Shown in pieces: positions 49,901 through 61,073 of a stretch of 64,000 bases of DNA. Every line of letters starts with the position of its first letter. The stretch's first letter is position 1. The position numbers and the translations under genes were made by a program. This DNA is from Eukaryota sp. TZLM1-RC (taxonomy: Eukaryota > Protista > Metamonada: BaSk clade). The notes under the pieces are model-generated. The model was not told the origin of the DNA, did no database searches, and saw nothing but the letters and a program-made list of their open reading frames with translations. The stretch spans positions 62,001 through 126,000 of the forward strand of contig JAUPSS010000008.1 in the NCBI GenBank assembly GCA_040285825.1, read 5' to 3'.

Positions 49901-50383
49901 TTTGAGGAGAGTAATATTGAACCCTGGCCATTCAGTAGATTTCCTGATGGAATGCCTGTCAGCAAGATTTCAGTTGAATTTTTACTGAATTTGATTGAAA
50001 GAACCTCTTTTTTGAATTGTGCTCAAGAAATCATTGAGAAAGGTGTTCCTTTTCTTTCACAACCAAAAATATGTGTTTTTCCTTTCAATCAACGCTACCC
50101 ATGGACATTCAATGAGGATGTTTTCCTTTTAGAAAAACTTTTAGAATTTGGTTATTCCAAGTGGTCTGATATTGGTAAGAGTTTTTTCAATGGAGGAACT
50201 CTTTCTGAATACATTTCGAATGTTTACAAGGAAAGTCTTGAATTGCGACAACTTTCTGCATCGGTTCTCCAATCTCGAGTTGAAAGTTTTGCTTCAAGCG
50301 TACCTAAATGGATTAAGAAACGACTTTGTGTGATCATTGATCTCTATGAAAATGCGATATGCATGCAAAAATTAGCAATATAG
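46934..50383 (+). CDS. CHD-family chromodomain SNF2 chromatin remodeller
   Basis: Two chromodomains, ILADEMGLGKT, DEAH, LLTGTPLQN, WNP..DLQA..RAHRIGQ. Confidence 0.95.
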   Translation: MSSSEYSQYDYLYDYETYDSDNSSDSDDSSVSTPLNLSSPCLSDAENWSIERIITFRINPDKTKEYLVKFENTSYLHSKWLSSRRVRELSEQKLRNFNKKVGDDPQALHGDPDYAIRQEWLEIDRIIDIDLDELAEPQYLIKWCYLPYEDCTWELKSEYIASGGDVSRLKKSIDLYYLFERLAWTRNLDSPLDSSTNLPPITQSPTFVNGKLFPYQIEGVDWLRSCFLSQRNCILADEMGLGKTIQCITYLASLSQLNHFGPYLLVVPLSTIGNWEIELKKWIPSYYYVSFMGSASSRKVIIDYDWLTRLDPPSELSNNDIIKIKTKACFKYSRPIKFNIVLTAYDQIINNSALFKKINWTSIIVDEAHRLKNNQSKLFRTLSQFTSLHTVLLTGTPLQNTLEELFNLLHFLNPESFDCGVEETDRLRQAFIENDEEQIENFKLKFTAGSLKDRLKGMLLRRTKSDVKLKIPPKIERLVKIDLTPWQQYLYRAVLTKNYPALSGAIDAGRVSLGKSGKRSKASLQNVAMQLLKVCNHSFLVDPDLSVTDGDVVGDISSQEKSLDDDTFRRLVQASGKLLLLHNMLPILLAPGKDGKPKHRVLIFSQLVMMLDIIAEFLNHQEILFERLDGSIDKSERQRAIDRFNSPDSNCHVFLLSTLAGGLGINLASADTVVLFDSQWNPHHDLQALSRAHRIGQENCVLVLRLITTNSLEERIIEVGKKKLALENVVEAAHSKSRSQSNRLTLTDFDDVIKHGASDIFSKTNSIRSMNIEDDLKLNFSEEQFTKPCSNGKVLTFKDYQNLLDRSIGHDSNEEIIFDKSTTIQAGMETSSDFNFWDVLLKESYESSVKDELESLGKGQRTAGKAVDYNVSNQLSSSDSDSDHYDTDSDGCLEMLMEETPERLSKIYKLFDYELPSKIYLYEEDEKTIVGLSEKERYAFEQLLLRFGISTKASLLKMIRSSPHLTKTDSTLLITYAQCLCRYSSLLLIFEESNIEPWPFSRFPDGMPVSKISVEFLLNLIERTSFLNCAQEIIEKGVPFLSQPKICVFPFNQRYPWTFNEDVFLLEKLLEFGYSKWSDIGKSFFNGGTLSEYISNVYKESLELRQLSASVLQSRVESFASSVPKWIKKRLCVIIDLYENAICMQKLAI

Positions 50384-50649
50384 TTATTAATTAATTTTTC
50401 GTTTGCTGGGACCTTTTTGGGGTTTTATTGATAATTCCAACGAAGAAGTTTTTGGTCGATTTATTCTAGTTCCGTTTCCACGGTTGAAAATTTCGTTGAT
50501 TTTTATTGCAAATTATCAGTGATCGAGCGTAATTGTTTACCAAGCTAAGTTAAGTTTAATAACAGTTTCACTTTAATTCTTTGAATCAATTTTTTTATTT
50601 ACAGGCTACTTCTTAATCAACATTCATTGAATAATATATCAAAAATAAA

Positions 50650-51534
50650 TTAATTTTCAATAAACTTTAAATTCGTATCGGAATGGCATCTATTGTACAA
50701 AAGCCTAATTTCAAAAGAAAATTGGTTCAAATGATCCACAGAAGTAAACCTAAAGTAATGGACTTTGGCACAACAGTTTACCTTTGCCAAGATCTTGTTT
50801 CTATCAATATCTAATTGAGTCAAGTCTTTTCCATCAATCGACCACTTCATACAGTCAACTTCGACAAGAACTGCCTTGACTCTGAAATTGATTAACTGGT
50901 GAGATGTGATAACTAAGATTCTGGGCTTATTAGCATGTTTTCCCGTTGGAATAGAAACATAAAAAAGGGAATAAAACATTAATGGTGCTGGAATAAACTC
51001 TTTTTCAAAAACCTGTTGCCAATAATCTCTAACTAAAACTGGAATTAAATGTAAAATATCAAGTTTATCTTCTTCAAATTTAAACTTAAAGCCAAACTTT
51101 AAGATGGCAAAACCTGAACAGAATATATGGACGAGGGCCGTGTTAGATATCAGTAGTTTTTTAGAAGGTTCCACTGCATACTTTACACCTCTTCTGCGTT
51201 TGGTAGAGAGTCGAACTTCAGAAAGACTGTTGTTCTTTTCTATAAAAGGAACTCGTACGTGTAGATTGGCAGAGAGGGGATCTTCATCTAGGGGGGAGAA
51301 TGAGTCAACTTCTAGAATGCTACGTTCCCAGATAATGCTATAATCGTCGGTTAGTAGCAGTAGTGCTCGATTTGTTAGAAAAAGCACAAGGTTTGGAAAC
51401 TTATTGTTTAATGCATCCTCAGAAACAGTCGCAATAGGACAGTTCATGACATATCGTTCATCCTCATTAAATTGAATCAAGCATCTGTTGACTTGATTAA
51501 GGAGAGAATCACGCTTCAGCTTGTTGTTCTCCAT
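50650..51534 (-). CDS. Hypothetical protein, possibly two PH-like repeats
   Basis: Intact 294-aa ATG-started ORF with an internal repeat (LVLFLTNRALL / RILVITSHQLI). Confidence 0.65.
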   Translation of the reverse strand: MENNKLKRDSLLNQVNRCLIQFNEDERYVMNCPIATVSEDALNNKFPNLVLFLTNRALLLLTDDYSIIWERSILEVDSFSPLDEDPLSANLHVRVPFIEKNNSLSEVRLSTKRRRGVKYAVEPSKKLLISNTALVHIFCSGFAILKFGFKFKFEEDKLDILHLIPVLVRDYWQQVFEKEFIPAPLMFYSLFYVSIPTGKHANKPRILVITSHQLINFRVKAVLVEVDCMKWSIDGKDLTQLDIDRNKILAKVNCCAKVHYFRFTSVDHLNQFSFEIRLLYNRCHSDTNLKFIEN

Positions 51535-51614
51535 TTTAACCAGATGAAGATGCTGTTGGGATGTAGATGAAGAAAGGAATACAATGAAAAAGGTGAAAAA
51601 ACTATACTAAAAAA

Positions 51615-51855
51615 ATATACTATCGGTGGTTTTCAATTGAAATGCAGCACTTTCATCAAGCATCATTCAAACCTATTCCAAGAACTTACATTCTTGGTGA
51701 GATCGTCCACAAACGTTCTAGAATCCTCGAATAATTGGCCACCAATCTCAGTGAGCCCATTTCTCCTCTAAAACAATACGTAGCTTTGAAGCTAGTTTCT
51801 TTGTGGTCTCTGGAATGCTTCTGGTCGTGTTCCATTGAAAATATGGTACTCAACA
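51615..51855 (-). ncRNA. Probable Fanzor C-terminal tail followed by a structured omegaRNA-like region (alternative: an LTR)
   Basis: EYHIFNGTRPEAFQRPQRN* (stop at 51792) followed by several hairpins. Confidence 0.45.
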
Positions 51856-52344
51856 GCCCCCCCTGGAAGAAACTAAATTCTTTGTCCCTTGTAACCTGTC
51901 AGTCCAAACGTCAAACCCTGTGGATAAGCTTTTAGTCCAGGGTGTTGACCCCCTTACAGCAAAACTGGTCCAAAACTGGTTCCGCAACTGGTGCTTTACT
52001 AGATAGTGTCCATATATTCTATCTGGTTCCCCCTTCCCTCTTATATGACCCCCTTTAGCTGCGAAAGAAACTGGTTCCTCATCAGTAGATTCCGAAGATT
52101 GATGAACCGCCCCGAATCCACGGCTACGTATTCTGACCACATGAGTAGCTTATGGTGCTGTGCTGAACTAGCTGAATCAAGTTTTCATGACCTTGTCCCT
52201 CAACAAAGGAAAAAGTGGTGAACTTCACCATTTCCTCGGAGAAACGCCAGTATTTGTAGTCGCCCTTTTTCAGAATTTTTATTTTCAACGCCAACAAATC
52301 ATTAATAAAACTAGGACGCAATATCCTCAATACACGCATTAACA

Positions 52345-53150
52345 TCATCAAACCTCTTCAGTGCGCAATTCTCAGACTCTATTCCTAATTGTAACAGTGC
52401 TTTGATTATCATTTCGGGAAATGCTTTAAGTATACTGAAAACAATTCTGTTGTGCCAAAAATTAAAATTCAATTCTTTTCCCGCTTTTTCTTTTATTAAA
52501 CTTCTGAAACCTTTCGGAAATTTAATGCCAGATATTCCAATGTTACCAAATTGAAAACAGCAAATGGAACCAACTGATACTTTACATGCTCAACACGTCC
52601 TATCTGAGATAAGGGTTCATTGTACTTTTTGATTTTACTCTTTTCAACAAAGCAGAGTTTCATCTTTATTGGCCAAAGCAATTGCTGAGTTTTTACCAAC
52701 ATCAACAATGACAACATCAACAACTTTGATCACACCATCAGACCCAGGGGTAATTAAATCAGCACGGTGTTTCCCAAAAGTATTCCATCTTCATTTTCAG
52801 GGGACAACCTACGCACAAGCGGTTCAGCAACAGCTTCAATGTGATGACTTTTGCACATAGCGTATAGTTGGTCTCTAACAGCATAGTGAAAAACTGAGCG
52901 ATGTATAATATTCAATTTGCAATTAAATAAATGATTCAGATTGATAATCTGACCACAACGACAAATCAAATCATTTGGCACACTACATCGCAACAGAAAA
53001 CACATCATCTCAAAGGCAGTTGTCCATTGATGATCATTTAACGATAAAACATAAAAATTTGGAATCTGTGAAATGAGACAACTTGAGCAATTTTCCTCAA
53101 CATCAATTAGTCGCTCTTTTGAAGGTCTATTTTTTCGAAAAGCCGATCCT
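52345..53150 (-). mobile_element. Non-LTR family B-related 3' remnant
   Basis: CRCG..HLFNCK, AVRDQLY, RADL..VDV, VEHVKYQLVPFA. Confidence 0.8.
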
Positions 53151-53162
53151 ATTGGTTCAAAT

Positions 53163-53235
53163 GCCCAAATGGCTCAGTTGGTAGAGCATTCCTTTAGTAA
53201 GGGAAAGGTCCTGAGTTCGATTCTCAGTTTGGGCA
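53163..53235 (+). tRNA. tRNA-Thr (anticodon AGT)
   Basis: Acceptor stem GCCCAAA/TTTGGGC, D arm GCTC/GAGC, anticodon stem TTCCT/GGGAA with loop TTAGTAA, T arm CTGAG-TTCGATT-CTCAG. Confidence 0.95.
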
Positions 53236-53244
53236 GCAATTTGA

Positions 53245-54660
53245 TTTTAATTGACTTTGATCAAACAATCAATTGGAAAAACATTTGAAATTCTTTTTTT
53301 AAAAAAAATTTGTTATTCTGGAAAGTTTACTCATATTTCGAGATCAACATCACCATCAATTTCATTGGAAGATTGTCGTATTTTTAATGAACAAAGGACC
53401 AACTTTTTGGCAAAATTATTAGAAATTGATGCATCTCAATTACGAAGCCACATTTGTTGTGGTACAAATTTTGGTGGTGTTGATTTTCATATATCAAGCT
53501 ACCTTTGTAAAGCTGCATTTATTGGAGGTGGTAAAAATTTTATCTTTGAATTTGTGAATCGTTTTCCTGAAAAAACTGATCTCATTGAAAACTGTGCCGG
53601 CTCCTATCTTATTTCTTTGCAACAGGAAATTGATACTCTTTCACCAATTTTATGGTCTAAATCTTTTCCTTCTGACATTGTGGAACTTCCTTCAAGAAGC
53701 TTGCTCTCCTTACCACTGACTTTTGCAAAATTGCATATAAAAATCTTAATAGTTTTAAAAAAACTTGGATTATATTGTACGTCTTAGCTTGGCTAAATAA
53801 ATTTCGTTTTTGCAAATTTTGTGATTGATCTTGAAGACAGTTACTCAAGTTACCTAATCTCCCAAGTTCCCAACATTTATGGCCATCTACTCAATGATCA
53901 GCAATGGACCACTGCTATGAGAATGAGATGTTTCTTATGGCCTTGTTCGTTACCAAATGATTTAATTCGTCGCTGCAAGAGTGTGGTTAAGCTTTCCCAT
54001 ATTTTAAACTGCAAATATTTTATAACTTATCGCTCAATTGTTCATGATTCAGTTCATGATTAATTATATGATATGTGTAAATGTTTCAGTATTGAGGCAT
54101 TTATTGAATCTTTAGTACGTAAGCTATCTCCAGATCAAACAGATGATTCTTTTGGTAAAAGAAGGGCAGATTTAGTAGCTCCAAGGATCCATGGTGATCT
54201 CAATGTTGTGGAGGTTGTCTCAGTAGATGTCTGCAAATATTCTGCTGCTCGTTTGGTGTATTTCGCTGATTCGCCGCTGTCTAACGCTGAGAAAAAGAAA
54301 ATAATAAAAGTATGAAGAACCATTGCACAATTAGGTAGAGTCGAAGATGTGAAATATCAGTTTGTGCAGTTTGCAACTTCTCTTTTTGGCATTATTGGAC
54401 CTTCAGGATTACACTTTTTTGAACAGTTCAAGAAAGTTTTGCTGAATAGCTCTCGTAAAAAAATGAATTCTACTTTCTGATTAAAAAGAATTGTTTTTTG
54501 CATTTTCAAGTCTATTCCATCAATGATTTCTAAAGCTCTTTTAGCTATTGGTGTAGAATATGAACGAAATGCTGTGAGTAGGTTTAGTAATAGTGATGTT
54601 TTTTTGGAGGATATTGAATACTAGATAGAATTTTATTTCTATAAAAATGCAGTACATAAA
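53245..54660 (+). mobile_element. Non-LTR family B, 3' half
   Basis: ORFs 53251..54315, closely similar to 25450-26830. Confidence 0.85.
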
Positions 54661-54769
54661 AGAAGATTAAACGTTCAACTTATCATAAATTCATTTATTT
54701 TGCTTTTATACATTACATTACATCATGTACCCAAAATTTAGGTAAATACACATTATTCTCCCCACTTCT

Positions 54770-55370
54770 CAATAGACTTCAGGGACATCTCAGGTGAAAC
54801 CATAAGGGAAGCCACAATATCTCTTCAAGAACGATGTGTTTCGTGTGGCTATTCCTTAATCATTGGCTGTTTTTTCCTGACTATACTTATCTCCTATTGT
54901 GTGAGAAAAGCCGTCCCCCTAGACGCACGACTGTTGAAGGTAAAACTCGTATAACAAATTGCCCTTTCAGTATCCGTTTAACCAAGGTTGATGGTGTATG
55001 ACAGGTTGTCTCTCAAAATTTGGAACATGATCATTCCCCTTATACGCACATTTCCGCAAACCGATGTTTTGCCGGTATTTTATTGAAATCAACAAACCAC
55101 CGATTGAAACTCTTCTAAGAGCGGATTGTGAATCAAAGGTAATCAAAGACCGTCTTTTACAAGATTACCGATGTCCCTTGAGAAGACAAGACATTGCAAA
55201 CATGAAAAACATAAACGGCTTTTAAAAAAAACACAGAAATTAGGTTTAGTTGTGGATCACAGACCTGTAGACTCCAGAAATACTAGACACATTCCTTCAT
55301 CCATTGAAAATCCTCCTCCAAACAGACTTAGAAGCAGACCTCGTAACCATGTTCCCAGTGCTAATTAGTC
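54770..55370 (+). pseudogene. MULE/FAR1-type DNA-binding domain remnant
   Basis: Translates CEK..TRITNCPFSIRL..GV*QV..EHDH. Confidence 0.55.
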
Positions 55371-55439
55371 GTTAGATATGATAATAAAGGTACATGTACT
55401 AGTTGTTGAATTCAGAGAACTATTTATGGGATCTAATGC

Positions 55440-56809
55440 GAGAAATGGTGAATTGACAAGTCACCTGACAACTTTCAATAAATTGACAATACTAACACAT
55501 GACATTTTTTTTCGTGTCTTTGTATTCTTTCTACTTAGGACTTGTTTCTCATAATGTCCGATCAACCTTTCGTTACTGAACCGCCTTTATATTCCTTTAA
55601 AACAAGAACAGACCTTGAACAAGCTTTACGACGTTGGGCCATTGGAGAAGGCTTTGCTCTTAGTTTGAAATCTTCGGGTGATTCTTTTTGTTACTTCATC
55701 TGCGATAGAGAAGAACGAGAATACCCTGCGTCCAATCAGAGTAAGAAAACCCGTTTTTCATTTAGAATATACCTCCGCTTGAAAGATGGTTTATGGTAGA
55801 ACGAAGACACATCAGGAGTACATTCCAAACATTACCTAGCTGAAAATCTTTGTGCACATTCCACATTTCGTCGATGGTGGGCAGATGAGCATGCTGAAGA
55901 ACTAAACAGCATATGTGATGCCAATCATACCGCTAGAGATGTTCTAAAGACTCTTAGGTGTTTATATTCTTGTCCCTTTCCATCTGAAGATAATACAATA
56001 AATTTGACTGCGCGCCCTCTTCTTTATGACGATATGAACAACTGGAAAAAGAAATGAAAGAAGGCTAAAACCGAAGGTTTATAAGAAGTTGACACTTTAT
56101 TCAAAATTGTGAAAACAAAAGAAGAGTGGAAATACGATGTGATGTTCACTGACGACAACAGAGTGAGCAATCTTTTCATTACACATCAGGACGCTGTCGT
56201 AATTGGAATTCGTTACAGATTCGTATTGTCACTTGATTGTACTTACAAGACGAATGTCTATTCCATGCCCCTACTTATTTTTGCAACTAAAACTATGCAA
56301 AAAAGGTCTGTATTTCTGGCCTTTGCTTTTTAGCGACTGAGACAGAAGCTAATTATTTGTGGGCATTGTCTGCGTTCCAAGGAAAATTTCCTTAAACAAA
56401 TGAAACGGCTGTTGTGGTCACTGATCGAGATTTAGCTTTGTGCAACGCAATTATAGGCGTGTTCCCTCAATCTGCGAATTTGTTCCGTTTGTAGTATGTT
56501 ACTGCTAATGAAGAGGTGAAAGCAAGCATTGAAAACAACAGAAGAAGAACAACATGTAGCCTTTGTGGACAGAAAGGTCACAACAGACGAACTTGTGAAG
56601 CCAACAATGAATTTCTCTGTAGTTATCCTAGAATAGAGTAAATGTATGTTGTAGACAAAACAAAATAAAAATTAGTTCATCACCAGAAGTGAAGAAAGTT
56701 GAAGAAAGGTAAGTTTTGAAACAGTTGAAGATTGTCGTGCGACATTGTCTCACAAAATTTTGTCAATTTATTGAAAGTTGTCAGGTGACTTGTCAATTTA
56801 CCATTTCTC
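55440..56809 (+). mobile_element. Mutator-like DNA transposon, internally deleted
   Basis: ~50-bp TIRs (GAGAAATGGT..TTGACAA). Imperfect 10-bp TSD GATCTAATGC/GACTTAATGC. LDCTYKTN, VTDRDLAL and CSLCGQKGHNRRTC motifs. Confidence 0.92.
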
Positions 56810-57054
56810 GACTTAATGCAGTACTCCTGTAGTCTTCACTTTCTTGTGAAGACAAAATGACTCAGATAGTGTGGCCAAAGTTGAAGGTGACATTGCCAAA
56901 GGTGATCTCTAGAAATCACATTAACTCTACATTCACTGTCGAGGATTCTTACCCGTTATGATTGCAAGCTCCAAATTTAATTTATGGTCCGCGGCCCGCC
57001 ATTATGGTACGTAAGAGCAAAAGAAATGAATTTATAATACGTTTAATCAGTCTC

Positions 57055-57192
57055 TGATGGTCTTCGGCTATGATTAGGATTTATACAGTGAATGTAATGT
57101 AATTTATTACGATGAGAAATAAATTTCCCTCAACTTAACGTAAACTAAATAAACTATAATACTAAAGCTATTAATACTATTCAAGACTAACA
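57055..57192 (-). mobile_element. Solo LTR, 138 bp
   Basis: TGATGG...CTAACA with TCTC TSD (57051-57054, 57193-57196). Size and termini resemble the other LTRs; strand assigned by analogy. Confidence 0.75.
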
Positions 57193-57599
57193 TCTCTTCA
57201 TATTTTGTCTTTACAAGTATTTATTTATTCACTTTTCCACTGCTCATCTTGTTTTTTCTGTGTTCACAATGCCGAAGTCAGACCAAGTTCATTTGCAAGC
57301 TCAAATTTCTCAGTACTACACAATGAACAATCCACCACTCATGGTATTCTTTAAGCTATACCAAAATTATAGGGGTTTCATTATTGGTATTTCTATATAT
57401 TGCTGTTGCAAATCTACCTCCAATATATCATTGGTATTGGTTATTACATTGCTAATTATAGACAGTGAATAACTGCCTTGATAAATTACCTCAGTATCGT
57501 AAAATACTTAAAATATAACTATTTATAATAGTGTGTAAACAATAACTGATAAGTTGACACTCAACATACAATTACAGAAAAAAAATACAAATACAGAAT

Positions 57600-58500
57600 T
57601 AAAGATCTTTTCTTACCTCTCAACTTATGAAATAAAGAATCAATTTGTTTTAAATGATTCTCTATTTCACTGGAACAAAGTGAAAGCTTTAAAGCCCAAC
57701 GGTGTGAGGCACAACCAATCAGAGGAATACGAAGTAGGTCTTCCAAGCACTTGTTGTTATTGCAGTTGTCACCAACTATGAAGTGAACAGAAAGAATGGT
57801 TTTTCCGTACTTTTCAAGTACAATCGAAATCAGTTCATAACACTGCTCGGCTTCAAAGAGTATGGAATTGGCTGAAATTTCTTCATTGCTCTCATCTTCC
57901 AATCCAAAAAGAATCAGTTCTAGAAGGATGAGCGAAGAATTGTGTTGTACAGCAGCAAACAGTGCCATAAATTCCATATTAGATCTTTTGTCCTCCCATC
58001 CATCGAGAACAAGACCGAAAGTTGACTCCAGTTGTAGAGAAACCTTGTCTCTTACAACATCAACAAGAGCGTCGGCGTAGTTACGGAGTGTCTTGGAATT
58101 GGTAGGCTTCATTTTGGCATAAGACCGAGTCAGTTCAGAATCAACTAATGAGAATGGTTTAAGCTCAGTCATTACCTAGTCCACCCAAGCATAGATATTC
58201 TTGGCTTTATCTTCTTGAAAGTAGTTGGTAATGGATTCGTTGCTTTGAGACAGTAGTTGAGATGTTAAGGCTTGGAAATCTGGATGCGCAGTTCTGATGT
58301 GGGAAAGTAAGTTGGAATATCCAGTACCCTTTTCCAAACGCCTAGTAGTAGAGCAGTTTGGCACTTGACACTCCCAAAATTCCAGTGTTTTCCACTAGGA
58401 GAAAAAAGAAGTTCTCCAGAAACGAGTTGTTTACGTTTAAAGATTGTAATGGCTACTACTTTGTCTGAATGCGACATCAAAGCAGAACTATGATGCAAGG
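57600..58500 (-). pseudogene. hAT transposase remnant with BED finger, 3'-truncated
   Basis: GYSNLLSHIRTAHP, LVLDGW, VGDNC, GCASHR. Confidence 0.85.
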
Positions 58501-59006
58501 GAAATGAATTTCCAAATTTTGTTTAGTTGATAGAAAAGCCCGTTTTTTGAACGCATAGACATTGTGTAATGACCAGATACTAATCTGCCTTATTGCAAAA
58601 TATTGCCTTTTTCAAAAGTCAATAATTGCAATTATTTATTTCCAGTTCCTGGGTTCATTTCGAAGCAGGGTTATTTGCACTAACTGTCCTTCTATTGCGT
58701 GGCCCAGTATGTGGAGCAAGTTATGTTCGTAAGTGTGCTTCCTTTCAACAAGAGTTTAAGAAACTTTGTATTTAATTGTGGTGCGATTTACCAAGTAGAT
58801 TTGGAAAATTAATGTGATCATCATATAGCGTGCATGTGGTGAAGACATAAGACATAAGGAGAAGACATGCAACCAGTTTAAGGATGTAATTTAATTGTGG
58901 ATACCATCAATCATTTTATTTTGAACTTTCAATAAAATGGTGGATTTACATGGTGGATTTGAATACCCCCTAACATAAATAAAAACAGATAAAGCTAACA
59001 ATAAAA

Positions 59007-60428
59007 TTATTCAATAATTGGATCCATTGTTTCAGCCATAGACTCAATTCCAAGGTTATCAATTCCACGAACCTGTGATTAATTAATTCAAAACAAACAA
59101 ACTAATTTAAAATACCCAGAATCACCCCATTCTGAGCCCCAACTGTTCTGAATTTCCCAGTATTTCATTCCATTTTCTACTCCATAACCAGTGAGAGTAA
59201 CTAAAATGAGAGTAAAAAGAGTTGAACAAACCAGCATGGGTGACTTCTACGAACCAACCAAATCTTTTGATTTCATACTCATTAAACATATAAACACCAC
59301 TCTCGTACTGTTTGAATGAAGGATGCATACCACCACTATCAGATCTTGGTACAGCAAAAGCAATAGAGACTGGGCCATTATCATGTAATTCACGCATAAT
59401 TTGCTCTTCAGAACAATTTCCATAATAACCACCAACTATACCATAATCGGACACCTTGTAGTGTTTATAGGATTGCTCGTCACGACATTTGTTGTTTTCA
59501 GCTTGATATGGATAATAAGTTTCTTCAACTAAGCCAGTCTCGTGAGCAAACCTACCAACAGGCATGGCAAAACCACCCTGACACCCCTGTCCATAAGGAT
59601 TGCAATCAATTACTAAAATAAGAGAAGTGGAAAAACAAACCTTGTTGAGGAGAAAGATTGGGTTTATAGTTTCCCTCGTTTTTGATGGCAATGCGAGCAC
59701 TCATAGCTGCAGTGAAGGCAAATATATAACACTGGAGTGAGAGATGATGTCACACATACGGATCCACACGATGCTTGATTCCTTACTTCGGGAACAATTC
59801 CAGGTGTATCTCTCCAAGAGAAGTTAACAGGGAGGTTTTTGGGATGGGATTCTGTGCTGTAAAACATCTTTTGGAGATCAACAGGCTTGCGATAACGAAC
59901 CCACTGTCTTCCCACATTAGGAATATCAAACTGACGGCTGGAATCGACAGTGTAAGTGAGAGGTACTTGTTCAGTTGTAAAAGGTTCGTTTTCCATTTCA
60001 AAGTCTAGAGGAGGGACATAGCTTTTACGACGGGCAAACAAACAGCCGTACTGCTTGGTTACTTTATTTTCGTACCATCCTTCATAACTTTCATCGCAGA
60101 AGGACTTGATCTCTCCAGTGGTTTTATCTTCAGTGAAGTTGAAGAACCAAAGGACAGAAAGAGAAGGAGTCCTGAGATCTACACCTTGGTTGTAAATCAT
60201 GGTCCACTCACCTTTGTCCTGTCCATGGGTAACAAGGTTAGGTTCTTCTAGTTGAACCTGGATACGGTCGTGAACCAGAAAGGTTCCTCGACAGTTTTTT
60301 ACGGGCTCAGATTGAGGGGTTGACAAGACAAATTCCCATGGTCCAAAAGCATGTTCCGCAAAGCAAGTTACAGGATGATCAGCCGACACTAATGCAAGTG
60401 CAATTGAGAGCAACACAAGTAACTTCAT
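59007..60428 (-). CDS. CTSC: Cathepsin C (dipeptidyl peptidase I)-like protease with 4 introns (59732-59759, 59613-59640, 59201-59231, 59073-59102)
   Basis: Signal peptide, exclusion domain (WTMIYNQG), spliced QASCGSCY, THAV, QNSWG. One base appears missing near 59650 if intron 2 is spliced. Confidence 0.9.
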
Positions 60429-61073
60429 GGGTCTGGGTGGTAAAATGATAAGGATAAAATCCCTCTGATATCATTTAATCAGGGACCACTGTGAATCCAC
60501 CATTTGATTGAAAATTCAATATCAAATGATAGTTCCCTTTTCTACACGAAGGTCCTTTTTTTGTGATTGCAATCAAAAACTGATCGGTGATTCCAATTGT
60601 CTTCATAATAAACGCCTTGCTTCCTCAAGATTCACTCATAACTGCATTGAAAAAATCTGTTACTGTGCTGTCTCATCCTTAATGAATGATTAATATTGAA
60701 TAACCAGTCCGACACCATCTTATCCTTAACGATTTCATGATGCGCTTATAAATTATCCTGATCTTTTTTTAAACTGGTGTTGAATCAATATATACTAATA
60801 ATTGCCAACAAGGTGTAGTATATATTGTTTTGGTATTGAACAAACACTGTGATACGCTACTTAATTTTGATGCACAATGTGATTGTGATAACAGGAAATC
60901 AGACATTTGTCCGAAAGAAGGGTTTGCGAAGGTGGCTTACTGTTTTCAGTCTAGAATTGGAAATCCATTGGATGGAATGAATTTCCATATTTTCCAGTTC
61001 CAGTTCCAACTTTACCAAATCTGTTTTAATCATCCATTTAAGTTTTCTACACTACACTCTTGAAATATAACGG

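Noticed and set aside
58935-60505. Inverted AAATGGTGGATT(T/C)ACA motifs flanking cathepsin C as TIRs of a gene-capturing transposon
   Set aside because: Only about 16 bp match and no TSD or clear termini were found.
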